Shown: positions 8,475-17,445, counted from the stretch's first letter. The stretch: 25,627 bases of DNA from a virus (IMGVR_UViG_3300037467_000139:1-25627), one strand, 5' to 3'. The notes: a model not told the origin generated them from the letters alone. Numbers and translations: made by a program.

Positions 8475-9196
8475 CAGATTTTACTTCTTGTTCCGTCGAA
8501 CCAATGCCCACAATCCTGACACTGTAACCGCTGGACTTTGTAGGCCCGTGTTCGACGAGTTCCTCGACTGTGAGCGTGTTTACCTCCGCACGACGGGCAT
8601 TCGTTGGCTCCGGTCTTACCCAGGTGAGGGTGATTTCGGATATGTGCTCGAATTTTGAGATATAGCTTTTCAGTGAGGCGGACATCTTGGCAACAATATC
8701 GTTCCATTCGCTGTTGAGCGTTTTTGTCACCGGCTTCGACTTTCTTCCACAGGGAAATTCCCTCGTGTTCAATCTTCGCACCAATACCGAGGAATACACC
8801 GATGAACGCCAAGCGGTTCATGAAGTATCCGAACTTCTTAATTGCTTTGTAACAATCGACAGTGGTGCAGGGGGGCACAGGGGGCATGTCGTAAAGAACG
8901 AATTCCCCGATTAGTTTTGCGATATCAAACTTGTCTGAGTTAAAACCGATGATACAGTCGGCTACAGACATCATGGCATGGATTTTCTCCAACATCCCAA
9001 GATGCCCGTCTTCCCACTCACTGAAGAAGTGGATTTCCTTCTCGCCTAGCCACTTGGCTCCGACACAGAGAAGACCGCCGTGCTCAATGATTTGTTCAGG
9101 TCCGATATTCTCTTTGAATGCTCGCCAGACTAATGCCTTAGTCGGCTTCCACTCGATATCAAGAATTAGGACCTTTTGGTCTGGTAATTTTACCAT
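8474..9196 (-). CDS. RNase H-like / DnaQ-type 3'-5' exonuclease with C-terminal zinc ribbon
   Basis: ExoI ILDIE, ExoII FNSDKFD, ExoIII YCCQDV; CPSC...CQDC ribbon. Confidence 0.85.
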   Translation of the reverse strand: MVKLPDQKVLILDIEWKPTKALVWRAFKENIGPEQIIEHGGLLCVGAKWLGEKEIHFFSEWEDGHLGMLEKIHAMMSVADCIIGFNSDKFDIAKLIGEFVLYDMPPVPPCTTVDCYKAIKKFGYFMNRLAFIGVFLGIGAKIEHEGISLWKKVEAGDKNAQQRMERYCCQDVRLTEKLYLKIRAHIRNHPHLGKTGANECPSCGGKHAHSRGTRRTRAYKVQRLQCQDCGHWFDGTRSKI

Positions 9197-9527
9197 TCTT
9201 CACTTTCCGAGGCGTTTTCCGCCTTCTCTTTTTCTTCTCTGGCACAAACCATCCGGTGCCTACATCAAGATAATCAGCAATCCTCCGAAGAAGACGGCTA
9301 TCCCTATGCCGCCCCACCAAACGGTGGTTGCAGTATCGACAAAGCAATCCACGAATTTCTCCGCTAATATGGTCGTGGTCAACTGCAAGTCGTGTGGGAA
9401 ACTCATCTTGGTGTCTTTCACAGACGGCACATTTACCATCCTGTCGAGCGAAGAGTTCATCGTATTGCGCCACGGTAATCCCGTAATTACGCATCAGATG
9501 ATACTCACGCGCCTTATCTACCCCCAT
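9159..9527 (-). CDS. Recombination endonuclease VII family (His-Me finger) nuclease; likely start 9527
   Basis: YGITVAQYDELFARQDGKCAVC...LAVDHDH..GEIRGLLCRYCN. ATG at 9527 overlaps the upstream stop region. Confidence 0.9.
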   Translation of the reverse strand: MGVDKAREYHLMRNYGITVAQYDELFARQDGKCAVCERHQDEFPTRLAVDHDHISGEIRGLLCRYCNHRLVGRHRDSRLLRRIADYLDVGTGWFVPEKKKRRRKTPRKVKNGKITRPKGPNS

Positions 9528-10105
9528 TGGGAACTCATCGCGTCGGCGATGCCCTTGAAGGTTATGGACCGGACGTGCCCGCGTTCTTTTGCGGGAAGAA
9601 GTGACGTTTCGTAATACCATTTACTCATTCGTTTACCGGATGAGAACATGACAAACTCGTCCTTTTCGACGACGTTTGTGGGCTGTAGTTTTGGCAAATT
9701 TGCCAACCAGAGGCCCGTCTTCTTGTTAACCGAATGCCCGAACATCCAGGGATGAATGTATTGGTCAGGCGGTCGGATAGTCGAAGAGATAACCCCTACA
9801 GGGTTCTCGATAGCAATCTTCTCGATGGGCGCATCCATCAAGTCTTTGACGAAGATAAGAGCCTGCGTCCTATCCGTCGAATTCGCATAGGTTCTGTTAC
9901 CAGTGACGCACAAGGCAGTGCATGGGGGATGGGCAATCATTAGGTCCCAATCCTCTCCGTATGCAATGTCTAGTGCGTCAGCCTGGTAATGGTGAGGCGA
10001 CCCGTCCGAAGCAGGCAGGAGGTCACAGCTAAATGCTTCGTGACCCCTCGAACGAAATGCCTCACGCACTACACCTGAATGCTCACACGCAATCAGAACT
10101 CTCAA
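9518..10105 (-). CDS. Short phage DNA cytosine methyltransferase-like protein
   Basis: RVLIACEHSG (SAM-binding motif I variant), AHPPCT (catalytic PC), IENP, KKTGLWL, and a C-terminal RS.TF.GIA.AM..QWG. Confidence 0.75.
   Translation of the reverse strand: MRVLIACEHSGVVREAFRSRGHEAFSCDLLPASDGSPHHYQADALDIAYGEDWDLMIAHPPCTALCVTGNRTYANSTDRTQALIFVKDLMDAPIEKIAIENPVGVISSTIRPPDQYIHPWMFGHSVNKKTGLWLANLPKLQPTNVVEKDEFVMFSSGKRMSKWYYETSLLPAKERGHVRSITFKGIADAMSSQWG
9691..9706. repeat. Dispersed palindrome copy 2, TTGGCAAATTTGCCAA (coding)
   Basis: Exact 16-bp palindrome; core at 9693-9704. Confidence 0.95.
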
Positions 10106-10581
10106 GGTTGATTAACTGCCAGCGGATACTGGCCTTGCAGCCAACGACGGATGATTGTCGCCCATGCATTACAGATACAGGCGCATGTTGCTAGCCCGAG
10201 CGTTCCTCCAAAGGAGTTCACTCCACCGGTCGCCGGAAACTCTTGTGAATGATATTCCATCGCAACTGAACACGGCCAACCGTAACCGCTGCCGTCGAGT
10301 TCCATGACTTGCATATACCAATGCTTCGGTCGAAGCTGTAGGGCATTGGTGATATTCAACGTGTATTTGAAACCAGTGGCGACAGTCCGTCCGTCAATCG
10401 TCTTCGCGACTTCGGCAATCAAGCCAAGGAGCTTGGCGTCGGTGGCGTCGTCTTGTGCATGGAGGCCAGTGCCTTGTCCCCAGGTATCACCGAGTGCCGG
10501 ATTAGGGTTCGGTGTGACTTGAGGGTTGAAGATAGTTAGCGCTAAAGCTTCGAGTTGGTCTGCGGTATCTGATGTAATCAT
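10102..10581 (-). CDS. Hypothetical protein, 159 aa
   Basis: 4-nt overlaps with both neighbours; no recognised motif. Confidence 0.65.
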   Translation of the reverse strand: MITSDTADQLEALALTIFNPQVTPNPNPALGDTWGQGTGLHAQDDATDAKLLGLIAEVAKTIDGRTVATGFKYTLNITNALQLRPKHWYMQVMELDGSGYGWPCSVAMEYHSQEFPATGGVNSFGGTLGLATCACICNAWATIIRRWLQGQYPLAVNQP

Positions 10582-11462
10582 TCTTCACCTACTCTCGGTT
10601 CTTTCTTGACCGTCGTAAGGAAAATCGGTCCACGGGAGTAATAGAACTTCCGAAGTCCTTTTCCTCCGTTACTGTCAGCCCAACACGTATCTTTGAATAC
10701 ACAATATGAACACCCAACAGCAAGTTTTCGATTGCCAGATTTTCCCTCCGGAACGTCATCGTAACACCGAGGAGGCGGATTTGTTTGTGAAACGACCTCA
10801 CGAAGATGCTCAATTCTAGGGCTAGGGGGGTTGGCGAGGATATCTAGTTCGTCAATCTCGGCGAAACAAATGTCACCATGCTGCTTGTCACAGACTAGAA
10901 AGCCAGCGCGGTCGGTTTTGCCGAGGACATGGGCGTAACCAGAAAGTTGCGGGATGTATCCAAACGGGTCGTCGAACACGAAACTTCCGTCTGCAAACTT
11001 CTTGTATGAATAACTCGATGCAGACTTGCAGTCCACGGGAACTCCGTCGATAACGGCATCGGTATGCCCTTTGATGCCATCGACTTCAGTCTCGTATTGT
11101 TCGTGGGTTACTTCGTGTCCTGTCTCTTTCGCAAGGAACAGAAGAAGGACTTCGATGACGTCCCCGTAAAGGAACTTGAAATTCTGTTTGCCGCCCATCT
11201 TTTCGGCGACTTCCGGCATATTAGCGGCATACCACAGTTGCCGGTCTTTCTTACCGAGTGAGGAACCTCGGATGACTGCTTCACCCTTTCTAACCTCACG
11301 CTTCTTTAGGCGGGTCCGGAGGAGGTTTTTGAAGACCTCCCCCGCCCATTCGACGTTCTCTTCGGAGACTTCATGGTCGTTGTCGTCATCCAGAAGGGCA
11401 TAAATGTCTTCCGGAAGTGTCTTCGGGTCCAGCGTCTCTCTCTTAGTTTGAACGTCAGTCAT
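10578..11462 (-). CDS. PD-(D/E)XK (Cas4/RecB-like) exonuclease
   Basis: GHTDAVIDGVPVDCKS, YIPQLSGYA, C-terminal CSYCVFKDTCW. Confidence 0.88.
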   Translation of the reverse strand: MTDVQTKRETLDPKTLPEDIYALLDDDNDHEVSEENVEWAGEVFKNLLRTRLKKREVRKGEAVIRGSSLGKKDRQLWYAANMPEVAEKMGGKQNFKFLYGDVIEVLLLFLAKETGHEVTHEQYETEVDGIKGHTDAVIDGVPVDCKSASSYSYKKFADGSFVFDDPFGYIPQLSGYAHVLGKTDRAGFLVCDKQHGDICFAEIDELDILANPPSPRIEHLREVVSQTNPPPRCYDDVPEGKSGNRKLAVGCSYCVFKDTCWADSNGGKGLRKFYYSRGPIFLTTVKKEPRVGEE

Positions 11463-11466
11463 TCAG

Positions 11467-11715
11467 TTACGGAGTGACGTCCGTGCTGCCCGAACCATCG
11501 GCGGGAGCCGTAGTCGTCGTGCCGTCCTCGGCATTCTCGGCAGCCGTAGCAGCCTTGAGTGCGTCGGCAGCAGCCGTCAGCTTCGCAGTAAAGCCGTCAA
11601 TCACAGCCTGGTCGTTGTTATCGACAGCAGGATTTGCAATCGCCGCAGCGACCTCCTGAATGCCAGCAACAACGGCGTCAAGGGCTGCCGAAAGACCGGT
11701 GAAATCGTTAGCCAT
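11467..11715 (-). CDS. Ala-rich helical hypothetical protein, ~82 aa (start moved to 11715)
   Basis: AAAGGAA RBS before ATG 11715 (MANDFTGL...). The longer ORF overlaps the upstream gene. Confidence 0.65.
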   Translation of the reverse strand: MANDFTGLSAALDAVVAGIQEVAAAIANPAVDNNDQAVIDGFTAKLTAAADALKAATAAENAEDGTTTTAPADGSGSTDVTP

Positions 11716-11797
11716 TTGCTTAATTCCTTTCAGTTGAACGATTGTATTTAGTGTGAGCGCTTCAACGATGCCCAAGAGAAGGGGGCGATAGTCGATA

Positions 11798-11926
11798 TTA
11801 CGCGACGGCAAGCCCTCTCCGCTTCGCGCCGCGACGTGCGTCACGCGCTCGCGAATAAGTCTGGACAAGTCGTCCAGTTCGGTCAAAAAGTCCAAAACCG
11901 CTATCAACCTCCTTGATACTTGCCAT
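11798..11926 (-). CDS. Small basic hypothetical protein, ~42 aa
   Basis: AGGAG RBS before ATG 11926 (MASIKEVDSG...RRGAKRRGLAVA). An alternative in-frame ATG lies near 11989. Confidence 0.6.
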   Translation of the reverse strand: MASIKEVDSGFGLFDRTGRLVQTYSRARDARRGAKRRGLAVA

Positions 11927-11978
11927 AGTATTAACTCCTACATTCTCTGAAAAATAGTCTCGAACAAAAGCGAAGAGG

Positions 11979-12299
11979 TTACGCATCATTGGCCACCTTC
12001 GAAAACGCAGGACGATGACCAGCCTCATAGAAGGCATGACCAGCTTCTTCGCGCTGCCGGTCAATACTCTCCACCGCTGCAACAGCCAGCGCCGCCGTCT
12101 TAATCATTGACGTCCGGAACTCATCGACGGTTTCAGGGGTGTAGGGGGTAAATCCACCAGGGAACCAGTGGGTCGAATACTTGCTGATGTAAGACACGAA
12201 ATCATTCGGGGTATTCATCGTGTCGTCGGCCTCGTTGCCCCAGCGGTCAGTCTGATACTTCCGCTCAGCAGCAATCTCGGCATAGATATCGTATTTCAT
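11979..12299 (-). CDS. MazG-like all-helical nucleotide pyrophosphatase-type protein
   Basis: IAAERKYQ..RWG and MIKTAALAVAAVESIDR pattern common to this phage family. AAGGAG RBS. Confidence 0.6.
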   Translation of the reverse strand: MKYDIYAEIAAERKYQTDRWGNEADDTMNTPNDFVSYISKYSTHWFPGGFTPYTPETVDEFRTSMIKTAALAVAAVESIDRQREEAGHAFYEAGHRPAFSKVANDA

Positions 12300-12306
12300 T
12301 CTCTCT

Positions 12307-12460
12307 CCTTTTGAAAAGGTGCCGCCGTTGGAACCGTCGCTCCACGGTAAAAGTCACCAGCACGGCGGCCACACTGGTCCACTCTGCTACTAAGTCAAGG
12401 TAGCAGCCCCTAGCCGATACTTAACCTGTCGGAGTAAACTCCTTCGGTTTCACGGCAGAC
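12307..12460 (-). other. Structured intergenic region (multiple hairpins) downstream of ssb
   Basis: Inverted repeats 12321-12328/12362-12369, 12333-12337/12344-12348, 12384-12390/12400-12406, 12431-12434/12439-12442. Confidence 0.55.
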
Positions 12461-12462
12461 AA

Positions 12463-13032
12463 TTAGAACGGAATGTCGTCGTCCAAGTCTTCATCGGTAT
12501 CCGGAGCCGGAGAACCGGCCTGCGGACCACTAGCGAAGAACTCGTCGTCTTCCGACAGCGGTTCGAAGTCAGCGCCGCCGTCGTATTCGACAAGGCGGAG
12601 GACACGCATCTTCTTGAAGTAGAGCCCCTTCGTCGTGCCGTAATCGACATACCGAACAAGGATATCGACGTCCGTGCCGTTGCCCATTTCCGTTTCCTGG
12701 TTCCACAGGGCTCCGGAGGCATCCTTGACTTCGGGACGAGGGTTCTTCGTGCCGTCTGCACGGTTCTCAAGGATTGTCAGACGGATGAAATCGTAATCTC
12801 GTGGGTTCTTGGTGGGGGTTCCGTCCTTACGCTTGGTCTTATCCCGCTTTAGCTTCTCGTCGAGACCATACTTCTTGAGCGTCGCACGAGACTTCTCATC
12901 AGGATTGATTTCAACCGACCAGCTAGGACCCTTGTCGAACCTCGGGTCACCGGTATAGGGACGCGCCGGTCCCAGAAGCTTACACCAATCAATCTTACCA
13001 CGAATAGTAAATTCAACGGCTTTATTAGCCAA
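12463..13032 (-). CDS. ssb: Single-stranded DNA-binding protein (T7 gp2.5-type)
   Basis: TTG start with AGGAG RBS. OB-fold-type pattern (MGNGTDVDI...VLRLVEY), acidic tail ending DDDIPF, position next to the polymerase. Confidence 0.85.
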   Translation of the reverse strand: MANKAVEFTIRGKIDWCKLLGPARPYTGDPRFDKGPSWSVEINPDEKSRATLKKYGLDEKLKRDKTKRKDGTPTKNPRDYDFIRLTILENRADGTKNPRPEVKDASGALWNQETEMGNGTDVDILVRYVDYGTTKGLYFKKMRVLRLVEYDGGADFEPLSEDDEFFASGPQAGSPAPDTDEDLDDDIPF

Positions 13033-13073
13033 TTACATTCTCCTAACAATTAACTACTAACAACTTATAGGGT

Positions 13074-13102
13074 ATTATATCAACTTTCGGCGCGCTTGTC
13101 AA
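13074..13102 (-). promoter_or_regulatory. Consensus sigma70 promoter upstream of ssb
   Basis: - strand TTGACA (13102-13097), 17-nt spacer ending TGn, TATAAT (13079-13074). Confidence 0.93.
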
Positions 13103-13488
13103 GCACTAATTTCACGAACTTCAATACCCGCTTTTCGGGCAATTTGCTTCATGTGTTCAGTGCCGCGACCACCTGGAAAAGCAATGACGACATCAATTCC
13201 TGTGTCGAGCATTTGCTTGTTTCGAATAGCACCGGCGGCTCTGCCATACTTAGCCCAATTGGCCTTGTGTTCTTCGATGGGCACCCAATTAATTGCCGCC
13301 CAATCAAATGCTAAACTGTCGGCACCACGCGCCCCACCTTGGATAATTACTAATCCATTCGGCATCTTGTATTCATTGTCGGCTAGGTTGTGTTCATCGC
13401 AGAATTCATCAAGGACTTTGCGAATGCGGTCATAATCATCGTAGTCACGACCGCCACAAACTAGCACCCTTAGTGCGTCTCTGCCCAT
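13099..13488 (-). CDS. YspA/DUF2493-like SLOG family protein
   Basis: RVLVCGGRDY, IIQGGARGAD, AAGAIRNKQM, AFPGGRGTEHM. Confidence 0.88.
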   Translation of the reverse strand: MGRDALRVLVCGGRDYDDYDRIRKVLDEFCDEHNLADNEYKMPNGLVIIQGGARGADSLAFDWAAINWVPIEEHKANWAKYGRAAGAIRNKQMLDTGIDVVIAFPGGRGTEHMKQIARKAGIEVREISA

Positions 13489-15362
13489 GTCTTTCCTACC
13501 TTACAGTCCCCTTCAATAGGGATACGGTAATTAAAAGTAAGACCAGCCCGTGGAAAACAAGGTAAGGCCAGTGAAATAAATTCTTCGACGTATTCATTTC
13601 GAACTCTCCATTGCCACTCGTCATGGATATCAGCGACCTTGAAACAGTGCTTCGTCAGTCGAGCCTTTTTGATTTCGGCATCGAGATATACGAGCGCCTG
13701 TTTCATCAGTCGGCTCTCATCCCCTTGCAGGAGATAAGGAATAACCATGTGGTCAGACGGGACGATAATCGGAGTTCCGTCACATAGGACAATCCTTCCC
13801 GTCTTCGCGAGTTCGTCTTGCAGCTTGTCAATTAGGTCCTGAAAACCAGGAACACTATCGATTAGCTTCTGCTTAAGTTCATTACCTTCCTTCGCAGATA
13901 GCTTAGTCCCGAACTGAGCCTGGTCCGCAGCCAGCTTGGCCCCGCCGCCACCCATGAGCGTAGTGTAGAGAAACTTCTTCGCTGCCGGTTTGTTGGCAAG
14001 ACCCAGCACCTTGATATTGTTAGTGTGGGGGTCCCCGTCGAGAACTCGACTAACAAACTCTTCCGAGTAGGCATAATTAGCGAGAACGCGAAGTTGTATC
14101 CCCTTGCCATCAATCCCAACGAGAGACCACTCACTCGGGTCTCCGCATGTGTAGAGGTCTCGACATTCATAAGCCCAAGTTCCTTCTTCTCCATATAGGA
14201 TTACGTCTTTGCCGTCGATTTTCTTTGTCTTAACGGCGGGAATATTAGCCGAGTTCGGGGACGAGTGCTTATATCTGAGAGTGCTATTGATGAAGAGCTT
14301 ACCATGTAACGCTCTCGTCTTAGGATTATATGCATCGAGCCAGGTTCGCACCATGTTACCTCGTGAATTAACAACGAGCCACTTGGCGAGTGCTGTAACC
14401 TCAGGTGTTCCCGAACTTTCGGCGAAGGCAAGGAGACTTTCTTCATCGACCTTCGGTGACGTCTTTTCCCGCGTCTTCTTGTTTATATTCCATTGGGTCG
14501 GCTCCCAACCGAGTTCAAGAAGCTTCGCAACCCTCTGCTGTGGGCTTCCAAGGTCAAAAGCAATCCAGTCATACGCGTCAAATCCTCCGTCGTCAGTCTC
14601 GACGAGTTTTGGATATTGTTCCTTAGCTCTCGTAAAGTCGTTGCTATCAGAGCCATCTTTGATACGTCGGCGCTTATAGTGTTTAACGACTGCGAATTGA
14701 GGAGGCCAGAGCTTGTAGATTTCATTCTTGAGTTCCTCCTCACGGTGTCGCAACGACCCATAAAGCTCCATCGCTCGCTTGTAATCGAACGGGAAGCCGT
14801 TTCGGCGTTGCTTATTCTGAATGATATTCCAGGCTAGGTGTTCGAGTTCGACACCTTGTTCGGAAAAGCCGGTTTGCCGCATCCTTTCCGTCAGTCGCAG
14901 GAATAGGAATGCAGTCAGAACAGTGTCCTTCATGCAATACGTTAGCATTTCAGGGCTGAAGTGAGAGAAGTCATGGAAATCGAGTTTGCCATATCGAAGT
15001 CTAATCCCCCACGCCTCCAAGCTATGAGCGCCTTTCTTCGTAGGCATCCCTTTAGGCTTAGGAAACGACGGGTTATAGACTTGCGACAGGACGAAAGTAT
15101 CGACAATCCTTGAGACAGGAATTCCGGCGTCCCAGAACCTATTGAGCATCGGTGCGTCATAGGCAAGGAAGTTATGCCCGACATAAATCGCGTCGGGGTG
15201 CTTCTTCTGGAACGCCTTAAACTCGTCAGCCGTTAGACATTCGACTTTCTCTCTAGTCTTGACGTTGATTAGGGTCGCACACCAAATCCTCGTCGCGCTT
15301 TCCAACAGGTCATCGGCCTCGATATCACAAGCCCAATGGCAGTTGGTCGGCGTTAGATACAC
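13470..15362 (-). CDS. DNA polymerase, family A (T7-like) with 3'-5' exonuclease
   Basis: Exo motifs DIE, GHNFLAYD, YCMKD. Polymerase motif A DGKGIQLR, motif B K..AKKFLY, motif C IHDE. Confidence 0.95.
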   Translation of the reverse strand: MYLTPTNCHWACDIEADDLLESATRIWCATLINVKTREKVECLTADEFKAFQKKHPDAIYVGHNFLAYDAPMLNRFWDAGIPVSRIVDTFVLSQVYNPSFPKPKGMPTKKGAHSLEAWGIRLRYGKLDFHDFSHFSPEMLTYCMKDTVLTAFLFLRLTERMRQTGFSEQGVELEHLAWNIIQNKQRRNGFPFDYKRAMELYGSLRHREEELKNEIYKLWPPQFAVVKHYKRRRIKDGSDSNDFTRAKEQYPKLVETDDGGFDAYDWIAFDLGSPQQRVAKLLELGWEPTQWNINKKTREKTSPKVDEESLLAFAESSGTPEVTALAKWLVVNSRGNMVRTWLDAYNPKTRALHGKLFINSTLRYKHSSPNSANIPAVKTKKIDGKDVILYGEEGTWAYECRDLYTCGDPSEWSLVGIDGKGIQLRVLANYAYSEEFVSRVLDGDPHTNNIKVLGLANKPAAKKFLYTTLMGGGGAKLAADQAQFGTKLSAKEGNELKQKLIDSVPGFQDLIDKLQDELAKTGRIVLCDGTPIIVPSDHMVIPYLLQGDESRLMKQALVYLDAEIKKARLTKHCFKVADIHDEWQWRVRNEYVEEFISLALPCFPRAGLTFNYRIPIEGDCKVGKTWAETH

Positions 15363-15519
15363 TAGCGAATTCTTTCTTTAATCTATTGAGCATACGAAGA
15401 CGCTCGGAGCATTGGGCGTATTCAGGGCTTCCTTTGGCAAATTTGCCACGAACCCTCAGACACGCACCCCTCTCTGCGTCAATGATTGCGTATGCCTCAG
15501 AAAGGGATATCAGCGTCAC
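15325..15519 (-). CDS. Hypothetical protein, 64 aa
   Basis: Fills the gap between primase-helicase and polymerase with short overlaps; AAGGA upstream. Confidence 0.55.
   Translation of the reverse strand: MTLISLSEAYAIIDAERGACLRVRGKFAKGSPEYAQCSERLRMLNRLKKEFASVSNADQLPLGL
15435..15448. repeat. Dispersed palindrome copy 3, TGGCAAATTTGCCA (coding)
   Basis: 14-bp palindrome; core at 15436-15447. Confidence 0.95.
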
Positions 15520-17170
15520 TGATTGTCAATCCTTCTTCGTATTTAGTCACCGCGACGTCATCGAGTTCAATCATTCGTCCGGTAATATCGTCAAAGAACA
15601 ACCAACTGGCAGGACCAGTTCGTCCACAAAAACGATTTTTCTCGACCCAGACTTTCGTGACATTGCGACGCCAGGGGTCAGGCGATACAAGGTCCCGTTC
15701 GAGACGTAGAATGATGTTGGCGAGTTGTTCGACGCCAGCAGTTCCTCGTATTTGGCCTTGACGGTTTTGGTGGATGACAGCAATGAGGGCGATATTCGCC
15801 TCCATACACAAAGTCTTGAGCTTTGTAGATATCTCATCTAGCTGCTTCCTTTCATCACCGGATTGGTCCGATACGACGATGCTGAGATGGTCAAGCACGA
15901 TGTATCGACAGCCCAGCGCAGCCATGTGCCGCACCTTAGCGATAATACTTTCGATTTCGTTACTCCCGAAGTGGTCATAGACAATGACACGAGGAGTATT
16001 GACGACCGCATCGTAGGCGTCTCGGAGTTCTTCCTGTGTTTTCTCAACATCAGGCAAACCGAACCGCTTGTTCGCATGTATCGACATGAGACCGAGCCCC
16101 AGGTCACTATCCAACTCTTCAAGGTGGAGAAATCCAACGCCGTATCCATGTTCCTTGACCTCAGGATTAGTTAGAACTGCGTATTCGACTTCCTTTAGAA
16201 AACTCGTCTTGCCGACGCCCGTAGGCGCGTTGATAACGACGAACTCGCTAAGACGGATGCCATAGGTAAGCTTGTTGACGCCAGCAAACGGATACGGTGT
16301 CTGGAAATGCTGCGGGCGATTGATGATTTTGTCCCACATGTCTGTTCCGCTGATGAGCCCATCTGGCGAGAACTTTGGGGCTTTCCACCACTCGCTGACG
16401 AAGACCTTGGGGTCGATGCCTTGCTGTCGGTAGTCATTCGGGTCTTTCCCATGTTCGAGAGTTAACAGACGACACTTACCAGGTGCAAAGAGTTCGGCGA
16501 CTTTCTTCGCGCTTTCCTGCCCTGGAAAGAAGACCGTTCCATCAGGTCTCGTCTTGGCGTCGTCTTTATCGAAGCAGACTACAATCTCTTCGAAAGAGTT
16601 AAGATATTCGTAGGAGTTCTTGCAGTCCTGGATTGCTGAGCCTGCTGACTTAACAGACACAACAGGATAACGAGAACCAAGAAGAAGCCAAGCGGAGGCG
16701 GCGTCAAGTTCGCCTTCGACAATAGTGATTGCCTTGGCAGAGCCAGCGGGGAATAAATGCTGGCCAAAGAGTTCGCAGCCATTGATATCTCCCTTGTCGG
16801 CGGCTTCCCAATAGAACGCCTTCTCACTTCGCTTTCGGATTTTATTGGCGACGTGAACCCCGTCTTTGAAATACGGATAGCGGTGGCCGACATCGACCTC
16901 CTTGTTGACGTTCACATCTATCATGAATTTCTTGATGGCTTCTTCAGTCAACCCTCGTTTTGGGATTGCTCGGAAGACATCGGTCAACGGGGTGATATCC
17001 CGTGACTTCAATCCTTTTTCGGACAATTTGTCTTGCCTCTTGTTTTCTTGATTATTCTTTCGACAGACAAAACAGAAGGTATGTCCGTCGTCGTAAACCG
17101 CCAGCCCATCAGATGACCCGCAGGCTTCGCAGGCGTCATGATGTAGGAAGTTACTTGTCGATTGGTTCAT
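15497..17170 (-). CDS. Primase-helicase (T7 gp4-like)
   Basis: N-terminal CEAC...CFVC zinc finger, TOPRIM EGELDA and FDKD, Walker A APTGVGKT, LDHL, HQNR, KNRF.GRTG. Confidence 0.96.
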   Translation of the reverse strand: MNQSTSNFLHHDACEACGSSDGLAVYDDGHTFCFVCRKNNQENKRQDKLSEKGLKSRDITPLTDVFRAIPKRGLTEEAIKKFMIDVNVNKEVDVGHRYPYFKDGVHVANKIRKRSEKAFYWEAADKGDINGCELFGQHLFPAGSAKAITIVEGELDAASAWLLLGSRYPVVSVKSAGSAIQDCKNSYEYLNSFEEIVVCFDKDDAKTRPDGTVFFPGQESAKKVAELFAPGKCRLLTLEHGKDPNDYRQQGIDPKVFVSEWWKAPKFSPDGLISGTDMWDKIINRPQHFQTPYPFAGVNKLTYGIRLSEFVVINAPTGVGKTSFLKEVEYAVLTNPEVKEHGYGVGFLHLEELDSDLGLGLMSIHANKRFGLPDVEKTQEELRDAYDAVVNTPRVIVYDHFGSNEIESIIAKVRHMAALGCRYIVLDHLSIVVSDQSGDERKQLDEISTKLKTLCMEANIALIAVIHQNRQGQIRGTAGVEQLANIILRLERDLVSPDPWRRNVTKVWVEKNRFCGRTGPASWLFFDDITGRMIELDDVAVTKYEEGLTISDADIPF

Positions 17171-17336
17171 TCAGCCACGCCGCAAATTCAGATGAGTTAT
17201 AACCAGGCACGATGATGCCGCGCCGGTTGGCGGCTGCGATGAGTTCACGGAGGATATAAGCCTTGGTATCTTTTCCGTGGATGCCACCGCGAAGCTGGCT
17301 GCGCCAGTATTCGAGTTCATCGAAGTCTTTTGTCAT
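17151..17336 (-). CDS. Hypothetical protein, 61 aa
   Basis: GGGAG RBS; first ORF after the 17417-17445 promoter; short overlap with the primase start. Confidence 0.65.
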   Translation of the reverse strand: MTKDFDELEYWRSQLRGGIHGKDTKAYILRELIAAANRRGIIVPGYNSSEFAAWLNEPIDK

Positions 17337-17368
17337 TTTTATCTCCCGCTTCTCTGTCGGGTTAAGTT

Positions 17369-17380
17369 GGCAAATTTGCC
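17369..17380. repeat. Dispersed palindrome copy 4, GGCAAATTTGCC (intergenic, downstream of promoter)
   Basis: Exact 12-bp core. Confidence 0.95.
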
Positions 17381-17416
17381 TATAAGGGGGGATTTAACCG
17401 CTGCCAACTATAGGTT

Positions 17417-17445
17417 ATTTTAACAAGGTTTTGCACACTTGTCAA
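17417..17445 (-). promoter_or_regulatory. sigma70 promoter for the replication genes
   Basis: - strand TTGACA (17445-17440), 17-nt spacer ending TGn, TAAAAT (17422-17417). Confidence 0.88.

Noticed and set aside
10578-11462. Cas4-like nuclease as evidence of a CRISPR system
   Set aside because: Stand-alone PD-(D/E)XK exonucleases are routine in phage replication modules; no cas1/cas2 or array is present.
15524-15529. Additional TTGACA hexamers on the - strand (also near 13826)
   Set aside because: No -10 element at 17-nt spacing; both are inside coding sequence.
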